Below are positions 19,598 through 28,638 of a stretch of DNA of 64,000 nucleotides, piece after piece. The stretch is from Candidatus Uhrbacteria bacterium. Its GTDB lineage: Bacteria; Patescibacteriota; Patescibacteriia; UBA9934. Position 1 is the first letter of the stretch. Each line of letters begins with the position of its first letter. A program made the position numbers and the translations under genes. The notes below the pieces were generated by a model. It had not been told where the DNA came from. It ran no database searches and saw only the letters and a list, made by a program, of their open reading frames with translations. The DNA is taken from positions 705-64,704 of the forward strand of contig CALRHE010000002.1 of NCBI GenBank assembly GCA_943359345.1, written 5' to 3'.

Positions 19598-20354
19598 TTT
19601 GAATGTGACGCCAGGTCAAAGGTGAACGCAACTGCTGAAAAATCGAGCCGTCAGCTGAAGCGCGACGATGGTAGTGTACCATGACAGCCTCAGGGTAATA
19701 TATGACTGTATAGCCTGCTTCCCACATGCGCCAACACAAATCAGTGTCTTCAAAATACATGAAAAAGCGTTCATCAAAACACCCTGTTTTTGCCAAGGCT
19801 GCGGCTCGCGTAAACATAGCGCTCCCCATAATCCAATCCACCTCCAGGGTTTGCGCGTGATCCACGTCTTGCATGAGAAAACGCTCAATGGTTTTCTGAC
19901 CCCAAGGTAAACGACCAAGCGGGGTACGACGCAAAATTGGGACCAAGGGCTCGTGATAACGGTAACAAGAGTATTGCAGACTCCCATCAGCGTTTAACAA
20001 CTTTGGCCCCAGTGTGCCTACCTGGGGATGAGCCTCCATGTAAGCAAACATTTTTTCAAGCGCCCCAGGTGAAATAATAATGTCGGGATTAAAAATCAAA
20101 ATGTACTTACCCAAGGCATGTTGTAGACCTACATTCATGGCCGAACCAAAACCCTGATTGCGCTTGGCAAAATAGCGCACCTCAGGAAATTCTGCTTTGA
20201 GCATGTCAACCAGACCGGCGCCAGGATTATTGTCGATTACTAAAACTTCAATCTGCAGTTGGGGTGCCGCCCGACGCAAACCGCGCAAAGTTTGACGAAT
20301 CAAACGGAGCTCAAAGGTATGCACGATTAAAATGGAAACGTCAGGCACTGACAT
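19509..20354 (-). CDS. GT2 glycosyltransferase (WbbL/rhamnosyltransferase-like)
   Basis: VIDN, NQGFGSAMN, FNPD, FDERFFMYFEDTDLC. Confidence 0.9.
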   Translation of the reverse strand: MSVPDVSILIVHTFELRLIRQTLRGLRRAAPQLQIEVLVIDNNPGAGLVDMLKAEFPEVRYFAKRNQGFGSAMNVGLQHALGKYILIFNPDIIISPGALEKMFAYMEAHPQVGTLGPKLLNADGSLQYSCYRYHEPLVPILRRTPLGRLPWGQKTIERFLMQDVDHAQTLEVDWIMGSAMFTRAAALAKTGCFDERFFMYFEDTDLCWRMWEAGYTVIYYPEAVMVHYHRRASADGSIFQQLRSPLTWRHIQSAYKFFRKHSGQKNPREFPQLSRTSETLT

Positions 20355-21384
20355 AAGCGCGGATGACCTTAGCAGATTCTTTGGCCAAGGCCAAGACATG
20401 TTTACGTTTTTTGGTCATCTTCAGCATCAAACCCAGGCTTTTAATGAGTAGTTGTCTGGTCTGTGGTTCAAAGATTAAACCGTATAGTATGCGGCTAGAC
20501 TCATTAATTAGAATCCACGGCCAATAACGCCAGACATCACCGAAAGTAAGATTTTTAATCAAGAAAAATACTTGATTGCGCGTTGACATAGCGGCCGGGA
20601 ATGGCCTCTGCTGACGGCGATCAAGAAAACGCTGCCAGAGGTTACGTTTGGCCGCTCCGTACATGCCTCGATAATGATGAGCCCGAGCCGAAGGCACAAA
20701 AGCCGCCTTATAGCCGGCCCGACGGGCTCGAATAGCCAGATCGCAGTCTTCACGGTAAGCAAAAAAATCGCTATCGAAAGGTTCGCCGTCGATAGACAGC
20801 GCCTTAAGCGTGGCAGCTCGCCAGAGTGCACTTGTACCCGTAGCGCCTATGATGTCTGTGTGATCATCGTACTGACCTTTATCCAACTCGCCGGCCCCGC
20901 GGTCCTCCATGCGCCAGGTACGTGTCAAAACTAAACCGGTGGTGTCTAAAATATCTGACTGCACATTTTGTTCGAGGCCATCGTCTAGGGTGACATTAGC
21001 AAAGGCCCGCAAAAGTTTGGGTTGAGTAGCGCCAAGCGCAGAATCCGCCTTAAGTGCCACAACCAGTTCCTCAAGCATGCGCTCATGCAAAATCATGTCG
21101 GAATTAAGGATCAGAATGGCCTGATCATCCAAATTATCATAGGCCCGCTCGAGCGCAAAACGAATCAACTGGTTATGGCCAGGGGCAAAACCCTGATTGC
21201 GAACGTTACGACCTACCAAATATTGGGGGTGGTGCGCTTGAATGTAAGCTAAGGTGCCGTCATCGCTGCCGTTATCAAGTACCCGAATAGTGAGGTCGGT
21301 GTAGGTCTGGGCCGCTAGCGAAGCAAATAAGTCCGGTAAATAGCGGAGGTCGTTCCAGGTCAGGATATTTACAGAGACGTGCAT
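20341..21384 (-). CDS. GT2 glycosyltransferase
   Basis: LDNGSDDGT, NQGFAPGHN, LNSD, FFAYREDCDL. Confidence 0.9.
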   Translation of the reverse strand: MHVSVNILTWNDLRYLPDLFASLAAQTYTDLTIRVLDNGSDDGTLAYIQAHHPQYLVGRNVRNQGFAPGHNQLIRFALERAYDNLDDQAILILNSDMILHERMLEELVVALKADSALGATQPKLLRAFANVTLDDGLEQNVQSDILDTTGLVLTRTWRMEDRGAGELDKGQYDDHTDIIGATGTSALWRAATLKALSIDGEPFDSDFFAYREDCDLAIRARRAGYKAAFVPSARAHHYRGMYGAAKRNLWQRFLDRRQQRPFPAAMSTRNQVFFLIKNLTFGDVWRYWPWILINESSRILYGLIFEPQTRQLLIKSLGLMLKMTKKRKHVLALAKESAKVIRAYVSA

Positions 21385-21387
21385 AAC

Positions 21388-22887
21388 CTAGGTGTCACGC
21401 GGGGTAACTATTTTCTTGGTGACATTAAAGCCCAGATATTTACCTAACATGAAACGTGTCTGAGCATCAAGAGCCGGTAGAGCACCAAAAACAATGAAGG
21501 TGACGGGCAAAAGTGCCCACTGAGCTAACATCAGCAACCAATTCCAGCGGGGTGCACGGCTGGGTCTCATGGGTAGCAAAAAGAAGCTCAAGGCTCCGGT
21601 CACAAACACGCCCAGTGTCGCCCCGCGCATCATGAACTGCAGCGTGTAGGGAGAATTCACAAACAGGGCACTCTCGGCGTTGTCCACGGTTAGAAACGGC
21701 AAATAACCAAGTACGAAAATCAGGAACGGAGCCGTAGCCCACGTGAACATGCCCTCAAGGTGATTGAAAATATAGCGCAGCTTATCTTTACGTGGCAGTT
21801 TAGGGTGATGCTTAAACTGTTTAAGCATGTAGGGAAAATGTTCCACACCCCAAGCCCAACGGCGCTGCTGCTTGTAAAGCGCCACTAAACTCTCCCAATA
21901 AGTATTCCCGGCCACAGCGTCCATAGACACCGGTAAAAAAATTGGTGTCACACGATAATCGCCGTCGTAGTGCAAAAAGCCCTGCATAAAAATGCGTGAA
22001 TCTTCGCTGACCAGATCTGGTTCCCAAAAACCTACCTCAGTCAACATTTTCCATGACATCGAATGTGAAGAAAAAGTCCACATGCGCTCGGGTCTGACAA
22101 GCTCAGAAAATAACCAAAAGACCGTACCAAAAGCTGCTACGCGCACGGGCGCAGTTGCGCTCCATATATTATTGGAAAATAAAGTAATTGGCTGATAAGA
22201 GCTGCGGTGTGGCTTATCAACCGTACGAAACATGTAAGCTAAGCATGCCAAGTATTGCGGGTGAGCAATCGTGTCAACGTCAAAGGCTGAGACCACTACG
22301 TCATCAGGGTGAATGTCTGGTCTCCCGGCAAAATACTTCTGCACCTCAAGCCCCATGTGCCGCATATTTGAACCCTTACCTGGGATCTCGCCCGGAAGAT
22401 CGCTGGGGTGTAGAGTGAAAAGCAAAGCGGCAAACTGATGCTTATAACGCTTTTCAAGGTCTTCCTTATACCTCAAAAAGTTCTTCTGATCACGCTCTTC
22501 ACCGCCTAAAACGACAATCAAACGATCTTTCCGATACTGGGCACGTAACAAGGACTCCATGGCCTCTTCAAGAATCGGCAGGTCTTCTTTGTAAGTGGGC
22601 AAGAGTATGAGGTGATAGACCTTATCCCAATTTGCAAGTCCAGTAAGCAATTCATACCAGTTGATTTTTAAAGAGCGCCGATACTGAGTATATGAAACCA
22701 AAACATGGATGATGAAATAAAAAACCCGCAACATCCAATACAAATCAAAAACTATAATAAACACTACGGCCACGGTCGGTACTACAAAAGCCGAAATCAC
22801 AGCGGCACTCAAAATCCCCCAGCTCAGTAAGCCGGGAATAATTTCTAAGGCACGATACTTACCGTACTGACCAAAGGTAACGGACAT
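21388..22887 (-). CDS. Polytopic GT2 glycosyltransferase (processive-type motifs)
   Basis: PTYKE, GKGSN, DVD, SED and QQRRW (QxxRW) motifs; multiple TM helices. Confidence 0.85.
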   Translation of the reverse strand: MSVTFGQYGKYRALEIIPGLLSWGILSAAVISAFVVPTVAVVFIIVFDLYWMLRVFYFIIHVLVSYTQYRRSLKINWYELLTGLANWDKVYHLILLPTYKEDLPILEEAMESLLRAQYRKDRLIVVLGGEERDQKNFLRYKEDLEKRYKHQFAALLFTLHPSDLPGEIPGKGSNMRHMGLEVQKYFAGRPDIHPDDVVVSAFDVDTIAHPQYLACLAYMFRTVDKPHRSSYQPITLFSNNIWSATAPVRVAAFGTVFWLFSELVRPERMWTFSSHSMSWKMLTEVGFWEPDLVSEDSRIFMQGFLHYDGDYRVTPIFLPVSMDAVAGNTYWESLVALYKQQRRWAWGVEHFPYMLKQFKHHPKLPRKDKLRYIFNHLEGMFTWATAPFLIFVLGYLPFLTVDNAESALFVNSPYTLQFMMRGATLGVFVTGALSFFLLPMRPSRAPRWNWLLMLAQWALLPVTFIVFGALPALDAQTRFMLGKYLGFNVTKKIVTPRDT

Positions 22888-22888
22888 G

Positions 22889-23305
22889 TTAGTTGATTTT
22901 GCGCTTTAGAAGGTCGCGTTTGGTTTGGGTAATGTTAGGTTCACGCGCGTATACCGGTAGAGCAAAAGCCCGCGGCTCATGAGCCTTAAGCTGAGTCGTG
23001 ATACCGGCGTCAGATTCAGAGATCGACTTCTGGATCGAGATTATCTGGACGCCGAGTGCAAAGGCTAGTGTGTTCACAAGCGCATGTGAAGTGCGCAGTG
23101 CAGTCGCCGAGCCCGGACCCTGCACAAGTACAAAGCCGTCTATGTCTGATGCCTTGAGCTTAACCTGACGCAAAAACTCCTCCAGACCCTTTAAGTATTG
23201 CTCGGGCCGATACGCGTAAGCTTGAGGCGGCTGCAGCCAGTTGTCAGCTTCAAGTGTGCCGAGTGTTAGGCTGGCAATCTCCTGACCATTCACGTAAATC
23301 ATCAT
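22889..23305 (-). CDS. tsaB: Minimal TsaB-like protein (t6A synthesis)
   Basis: IDGFVLVQGPGSATALR...NTLA motif; C-terminal P.Y.REPNIT. Confidence 0.7.
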   Translation of the reverse strand: MMIYVNGQEIASLTLGTLEADNWLQPPQAYAYRPEQYLKGLEEFLRQVKLKASDIDGFVLVQGPGSATALRTSHALVNTLAFALGVQIISIQKSISESDAGITTQLKAHEPRAFALPVYAREPNITQTKRDLLKRKIN

Positions 23306-24048
23306 ACCTTGCCAATACTATCGGTTAGCACCACCCGCTTGCTTTGTAAAATACTGGCCAAGAAACGGTCCCCCACATCACGACGATATTCAAACTCTTC
23401 GCGTGGCATGTAAGTATAGTTTACCTCGCGCCCAATGTCTTTCTCAAATTCACTAATCGAACTTTGAACTCCCGCCTCTTTTAGTTCGCCGACGACTAGA
23501 ATATCCGTGGGAATATTGGGAGCATCCGTAAAGCTGCCGGTCAAAATTAGCAGATCAAGTTGGCCGTGCTTAGTCAATTCATGAATCAGCGTATGGTTCA
23601 TGAGTACAGCCACCTTCTTCATGACCCCGCGCATATCTTCAAAAATTGGGAAGTCCTGATTGGCCTGATAAAAACGCTTGTTGTCGATCTTGTTGCCGTT
23701 TTCATCATGGTCATCTGCGGCCTGAGCGTCACCATCAACTTCAAGCACGATCCCCACATCAACAAGATTTTTGAGCTCACGACGAACCGAATTAAGCTGG
23801 GCATCAATCCGACGCGCGAGCTCGCGCACAAAGAAAGCCCGTTCACTGTTATCCAAAAACAGGCCGAGTAAGCGGGCCCGGGTACGTGAACCAAAAAGTT
23901 GTTCAATCCTAAAGACCGTACCTGATGACTTATGCGCACTTACCTCAGTAGATTGTGTAACTGCTAGTGAAACCGGTATTTGAGGCTTGGTTTCGGCTAC
24001 AGTTGGAGGCTGAACAAGCGAGTTATCCATAGAAGCTGGGGGTAACAT
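23302..24048 (-). CDS. Winged-helix plus nucleotidyltransferase-like fold protein
   Basis: FGSRTRARLL, RELARR....NSVRREL wHTH; LTGSF...TDILVVG...REVNY MNT-like C-terminus. Real start 24048 or 24030. Confidence 0.7.
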   Translation of the reverse strand: MLPPASMDNSLVQPPTVAETKPQIPVSLAVTQSTEVSAHKSSGTVFRIEQLFGSRTRARLLGLFLDNSERAFFVRELARRIDAQLNSVRRELKNLVDVGIVLEVDGDAQAADDHDENGNKIDNKRFYQANQDFPIFEDMRGVMKKVAVLMNHTLIHELTKHGQLDLLILTGSFTDAPNIPTDILVVGELKEAGVQSSISEFEKDIGREVNYTYMPREEFEYRRDVGDRFLASILQSKRVVLTDSIGKV

Positions 24049-24118
24049 AGGCCAATCTTTTGTACACGGCTCCGTTTGGGTATACTGTAATAGCAAACAG
24101 GAGGAAAGAGCAACCGTC

Positions 24119-26302
24119 ATGAGCCAGTATCTTGTTATTAAATCTGCGGACCTGGTTATTGACCCTCCCCAGGGCGAACTTGCTGTCCGCAGCGTCCTCC
24201 ATACTCTTCCGCAGGGCAAGGGCTGGGTTTTTGGGTTATTTACCCTAGAACACAAAGATGATATCGCCCGTGAACGAGTGGCCCATATCCTACTTAGCCA
24301 TCTAGAGCATTTGGCTGCTGACCTGACTGAAGAGACCAACGTGGTACGCCGTTTTGAACAAGCCTTGAGCCGAGTCAACCGCGATCTTGCACGAGCGAAT
24401 AAGGACCTGTCTTTGAACATCGACAAATTCCAGGCTGTGATAGGTGTGCTGTCTGGCGGACAGATATTCATGTCCGGCATTGGCCGCTTAAAAGCCTTAT
24501 TCCTCCACAAAACTGCTGAGCGCCGTTACGTTATTTACGAACTCGATGCTCAGTTTCATGATGGCCAGACTAAAACCTGGGATAAGCCCCTGGTAGCAGT
24601 CTTAGATGGCGAACTGAATCCTGGGGACATTTTCTACCTGGCAACCCCTGTCTCGCACCAAATGTTGGGCATGAACGAACTTCAGGACATTCTTGTCACT
24701 CTCCCTCCGGCTGGCGCCTTACAGCGCATACGCCAGTACTTACCCACGACTGAGCATTATGGCGGCTTGGCTTTCCATGCCCTAGCAGAGGACTTGACGG
24801 GTGTGACTCGCAGAGCCAACCCCATCATTTCGCTTCAAGAACTCGAAAATACCAAACAGCAAACCGCCAACGTGCTTGGTGATCAACAACCTGACCTAGT
24901 CAACACCGTCAAAGAAGTAGCCACGGGCATTAGCAAGAAGCTGTCTAGCCCAGGAATTAGGGGTGCGCAAGCCACCTTGAAGCGTGTCTTGGTGCTCGTC
25001 GTCAAAGGGCTGTCTCGTTTGGCAGCACTGCTAGCAACTCTGAGCGTGAAGTTTGCTGCCTGGCTCAAACGGCGGGTGGCGGATTCGCGCACCAACCGAG
25101 CTATGCGTCACGGTCTGGGCCGTACCAGAAAAATTGGCACACCTGGATTTGTGGATGCCACTCGAGCCTTGTTCTTGGAGCTGTCTACACCGCGCAAATT
25201 TATCTTACTTGGCTTCATGCTCGTCATGGTCATCCTCGGAGGCACAATCTTTATTAATGGTGGCGAGTCTGAAAAAAATAAATCTGAAGCCGCCTTTACT
25301 AACTCAGTCAATTCAATCCAAGATAAAATCCTGGCAGCTGAGGCCAGCTTGATCTATAGGAATAACGCTGAGGCTGTGCGCGCGCTCGAGGGGGCCGCCG
25401 CTACGCTTGAAGCCCTACCCCGTGATACCAATGATCGTCTTAACGAGGCTAATCGCTTAGCTGAAGAACTCACGGTACTACAGGCCAAAATTCGGGGTGT
25501 CACCATGGTTGAACCCGGTCTGTTAGCTGATCTACGTACGCTTGACTCTAGTGCAACACTGGTATCAGCTACCGGCACCATTAATGGGCTCATAGCTCTA
25601 GGTGATAATCTTGGCGTATATAAACTTGATCCGGCCGCCAGAGTTTGGGCTAAGCAAGAAACTATTAACGGGCCAATTTCTCGGATTGAATCGAGCACCA
25701 CTCTAGGGGCCGATGTCATCATTCTCGACGCCACCCAACAACTTGGTCGTATCGATCTCACTGCCCTCACCATGAACCCAATTGCAAGTGGCGCTAACAA
25801 CATGGCCAGCGTTGAGGACATTACTGTCTACAATGATTCGCTCTATGCTCTAACCAGCGTCAGCCAACAGGTAGTCAAGATGCGGCCACAAACGCCAAAC
25901 TTTGAAGCCGGTACAGCCTGGATTAGTGCGCACACAACTGATCTCACCACAGCCCGTGCACTCGCCATCGATTCTGACGTGTACATCCTGCTAGCCAACG
26001 ACATCATTAAATTCACCAGTGGTCGTGAACAAGACTGGCAAACCGCCACCATTGACCCTCCGCTGTCACAACCCGCCGACCTGTGGACAGCCCTTGAATC
26101 CGCCTACCTCTACGTGCTTGACCCAGCTGAAAAGCGTATTCTCGTGATTATCAAAGACACCGGCGCCATCCAAGCCCAGTATGTGTCAGATGACTTTGCC
26201 AGTGCTGTCGGGTTCGTCGTTGAAGAAGCTACCAGCAAAATCACCGTGATTACATCAACTCAGGCCCTTGAATTTACTCCTCAACACCTAATTGTCAATT
26301 AA
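24119..26302 (+). CDS. Conserved CPR membrane protein (PP2C-like N-domain, TM, beta-propeller C-domain)
   Basis: 727-aa ORF; central TM; C-terminal YNDSLYAL / IDSDVYIL / YLYVLD propeller blades. Confidence 0.6.
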   Translation: MSQYLVIKSADLVIDPPQGELAVRSVLHTLPQGKGWVFGLFTLEHKDDIARERVAHILLSHLEHLAADLTEETNVVRRFEQALSRVNRDLARANKDLSLNIDKFQAVIGVLSGGQIFMSGIGRLKALFLHKTAERRYVIYELDAQFHDGQTKTWDKPLVAVLDGELNPGDIFYLATPVSHQMLGMNELQDILVTLPPAGALQRIRQYLPTTEHYGGLAFHALAEDLTGVTRRANPIISLQELENTKQQTANVLGDQQPDLVNTVKEVATGISKKLSSPGIRGAQATLKRVLVLVVKGLSRLAALLATLSVKFAAWLKRRVADSRTNRAMRHGLGRTRKIGTPGFVDATRALFLELSTPRKFILLGFMLVMVILGGTIFINGGESEKNKSEAAFTNSVNSIQDKILAAEASLIYRNNAEAVRALEGAAATLEALPRDTNDRLNEANRLAEELTVLQAKIRGVTMVEPGLLADLRTLDSSATLVSATGTINGLIALGDNLGVYKLDPAARVWAKQETINGPISRIESSTTLGADVIILDATQQLGRIDLTALTMNPIASGANNMASVEDITVYNDSLYALTSVSQQVVKMRPQTPNFEAGTAWISAHTTDLTTARALAIDSDVYILLANDIIKFTSGREQDWQTATIDPPLSQPADLWTALESAYLYVLDPAEKRILVIIKDTGAIQAQYVSDDFASAVGFVVEEATSKITVITSTQALEFTPQHLIVN

Positions 26303-26426
26303 CACAGATGATGAATCGATCAGTACAGATCTCACACAGATTGTGAAACTGAAAAGCGAGCTGGTTGGGCTCGCTTTTCACAGCTGTGTTAAATCTGTAA
26401 TTTGCGACTCTCTATCTGTGTTAATT
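26297..26426. repeat. ACACAGAT/ATCTGTG inverted-repeat element around a bidirectional terminator (copy 1)
   Basis: 13-bp inverted repeat AATTAACACAGAT; repeated ACAGAT units; central TGAAAAGCGAGC/GCTCGCTTTTCA stem. Confidence 0.75.
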
Positions 26427-26827
26427 TACTTGAGAGTCACTTTAGCACCAGCGGCTTCGAGCTTGGCCTTCATGTCGTCGGCTTCGGCCTGAGTGGCGTT
26501 TTCTTTAACGGCCTTAGGCGCGGCATCAACGATGTCCTTGGCTTCCTTCAGACCCAAACCAGTCAATTCACGCACAGCCTTGATCACGTTGATCTTGCTG
26601 TCACCGGCTGAAGTGAGCTCAACGGTAAATGAACTCTTCTCTTCAGCAGCGGCAGCGCCAGCAGCGGCTGGAGCAGCCATCATCATGGCTGGAGCAGCAG
26701 CTGAAACACCGAACTTGTCTTCCAGAACCTTTACCAATTCGGCTAGATCAAGTACCGACATCTTCTCAACGCTCTCAACGAGAGACTTAAACTTCTCTGG
26801 AACCTCTACGGATTTCATGTCAGACAT
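26426..26827 (-). CDS. rplL: 50S ribosomal protein L7/L12
   Basis: [39 protein letters not shown]. Confidence 0.98.
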   Translation of the reverse strand: MSDMKSVEVPEKFKSLVESVEKMSVLDLAELVKVLEDKFGVSAAAPAMMMAAPAAAGAAAAEEKSSFTVELTSAGDSKINVIKAVRELTGLGLKEAKDIVDAAPKAVKENATQAEADDMKAKLEAAGAKVTLK

Positions 26828-26841
26828 ATATATTTTTAGGT

Positions 26842-27390
26842 TTAAGCTTTTTTCTCCTTAATTGCACCGAGCACCGTCACGAGACCACGGAGGTTACCAG
26901 CCAACACATTGACGAAGCCAGACACCGGCGCATTGAGCGTACCGACGAGCTGTCCGAGTAACTGCTGTCTGGACGGTAGAGCAGCCAAGCGGCCGACCTC
27001 TTCTGCGTTTACGAACCTGCCCTCCAGGATGCCCGCCACCAATTGCATGGTGAGTGACTTGTCCTTGCTCTCAAACTTCTTGCTGGTAGCAAGTTCTTTG
27101 AGGAGCTTAGCGGCCGAGACTTCGTCAGCATAGCCTACGGCAGTCAGGATTGAACCTTCCATGCCATTGGCGTCCATGCCTTCAATCCCAGCTTCCTTGG
27201 CGGCCAAGGCGAGCAAAGTACGTTTGGTGATAAACACTTCAACGTTCTGCTCGGCGGCTTTGACCCGGAGTTTATCCGCGTCGGCCATGGTATAGCCTGA
27301 GACTTGCGAGAAGGCGGCGGCCTTCATACGCTTCAAGCGATCGGCGACTTTGGCCACGATCTCGGCTTTCTGAGCCTTGGTTTTTGGCAT
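26842..27390 (-). CDS. rplJ: 50S ribosomal protein L10
   Basis: MPKTKAQK..., [24 protein letters not shown]; upstream of rplL. Confidence 0.95.
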   Translation of the reverse strand: MPKTKAQKAEIVAKVADRLKRMKAAAFSQVSGYTMADADKLRVKAAEQNVEVFITKRTLLALAAKEAGIEGMDANGMEGSILTAVGYADEVSAAKLLKELATSKKFESKDKSLTMQLVAGILEGRFVNAEEVGRLAALPSRQQLLGQLVGTLNAPVSGFVNVLAGNLRGLVTVLGAIKEKKA

Positions 27391-27397
27391 AAGTCTT

Positions 27398-27521
27398 ACA
27401 AAACACATCCAAGTTCGTCATCTACGTTGTCGCCGACTTCCATCGGACTCACCGTATATCTCTATACGCCTCGTCCTTACTCAATCGTCTTCTAGTAGCT
27501 GACAAACTTAATGTGTTTTGT
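27398..27521 (-). repeat. Long imperfect hairpin element, family A copy 2, in the rplJ leader
   Basis: Outer stem ACAAAACACAT/ATGTGTTTTGT; core matches 6847-6962 with compensatory changes. Confidence 0.8.
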
Positions 27522-27595
27522 CTGTACATGTGAATAAAAAATAGCGCCATGATTGGCGCAAAACATATGAAAATAGCTCACTTTGATACTATTTT

Positions 27596-27659
27596 CATCG
27601 ATCTTCTCGACGGGACTTATGAGGATTATTCCCCGACCCGAGTTCTGCGAATTTCGATG
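27596..27659 (-). promoter_or_regulatory. Putative L10 leader (autoregulatory RNA)
   Basis: Minus strand CATCGA..GCAGAACTCGGG..ATAAGTCCCGTCGAGAAG..TCGATG resembles the L10-leader architecture; upstream of rplJ. Confidence 0.4.
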
Positions 27660-27692
27660 GTACGGGTAGGATATATAAAAACCCCAAAAGCG

Positions 27693-28412
27693 TCAAGACA
27701 ATAACGTCCCACGAAAGTCTTGGCCTAAAATGGCTTTTTCAACCTCCGCTAAATTCTTGCCATTTACAACCGCGACGGACATACCGTACTTGTGGCAAAA
27801 CTTGGCAGCGACGGGATCAAAAGGGGCCGATAGACCAGGTGACCATTCATCACCCACCAGCTGGCGATAGTCGCGCCAACGCAAGTCTTCATAGGCTTTG
27901 GCGTCTGGATTCGTGCGGGGGTCGTCGCTATAGACAAAGTCGATGTTCGACATGTTGATGACAGTCTTGGCGTCGAGGAGCTGGGCAATGCGGCAAGCTA
28001 CGAAGTCTGTGCTCCAGCCTGGTCGCCAACCAGCGCCAATTAACACATTCCCCTGCCATTCTTTAACCGGAGGAACTGCTAACGGGTTCTTATAAACAAT
28101 GGGATGAGCGACGTCGCGTAAGATAGTACGAACGAGGTGGCCGTTCAAGCGCGTAGCATGGATTCCCAGCCAGTCAAGGTCGTCATCAGAAATCTTTTGT
28201 ACATTCGAAGCTGCGTCAATGTAATGACGCGCCGTTTTGCCACCACCCGTTACAATGACTATCTTCCTGCCCTGCTCGATGACTTTCAACACGAGCTCGC
28301 GGAGCTGTTTCAAAAAATCTACATTCGGCCCGCCGTCAGGAACTATGAGCGAACCACCGACTGAAAGAATCAAGGGGTCATTGGAGTCGAGGGTTAAGTT
28401 TGGCATAAGCAT
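27693..28412 (-). CDS. pyrH: UMP kinase (archaeal type)
   Basis: SVGGSL, VTGGGKTARHYI, LGIHATRLN, PGWSTD, PFDPVAAK. Confidence 0.93.
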   Translation of the reverse strand: MLMPNLTLDSNDPLILSVGGSLIVPDGGPNVDFLKQLRELVLKVIEQGRKIVIVTGGGKTARHYIDAASNVQKISDDDLDWLGIHATRLNGHLVRTILRDVAHPIVYKNPLAVPPVKEWQGNVLIGAGWRPGWSTDFVACRIAQLLDAKTVINMSNIDFVYSDDPRTNPDAKAYEDLRWRDYRQLVGDEWSPGLSAPFDPVAAKFCHKYGMSVAVVNGKNLAEVEKAILGQDFRGTLLS

Positions 28413-28637
28413 TTATTCCGTGACGTCCATCGCCTCAAGTGAGGCAAATTTCTTCTTCAAGTCAACAACTTTATTGTCTACTTCTGCCAGCTTGTGTTTA
28501 CACATCTGGGCTAATTCAAGGCCACGCTCAAATTTCTTGAGTCCCTCATCCAAATCGACCTCGGCCGTTTCAAACCAAGCCGTGATGGTTTCAAGCTCCT
28601 GAAAGGCGTCTGCAAAGCTAGTCTGTTTCTTAACCAT
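28413..28637 (-). CDS. xseB: Exodeoxyribonuclease VII small subunit
   Basis: SFADAFQELETI...DLDEGLKKFERGLELAQ.C; ATG at 28637. Confidence 0.92.
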   Translation of the reverse strand: MVKKQTSFADAFQELETITAWFETAEVDLDEGLKKFERGLELAQMCKHKLAEVDNKVVDLKKKFASLEAMDVTE

Positions 28638-28638
28638 A

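Noticed and set aside
24049-24510. N-terminal extension of the 402-aa ORF 23302-24510
   Set aside because: Overlaps the divergent 727-aa gene; recognisable domains start only after 24048
26297-26426. CRISPR array suggested by ACAGAT repeats
   Set aside because: Units are under 15 nt, irregularly spaced and inverted; no cas genes in the window
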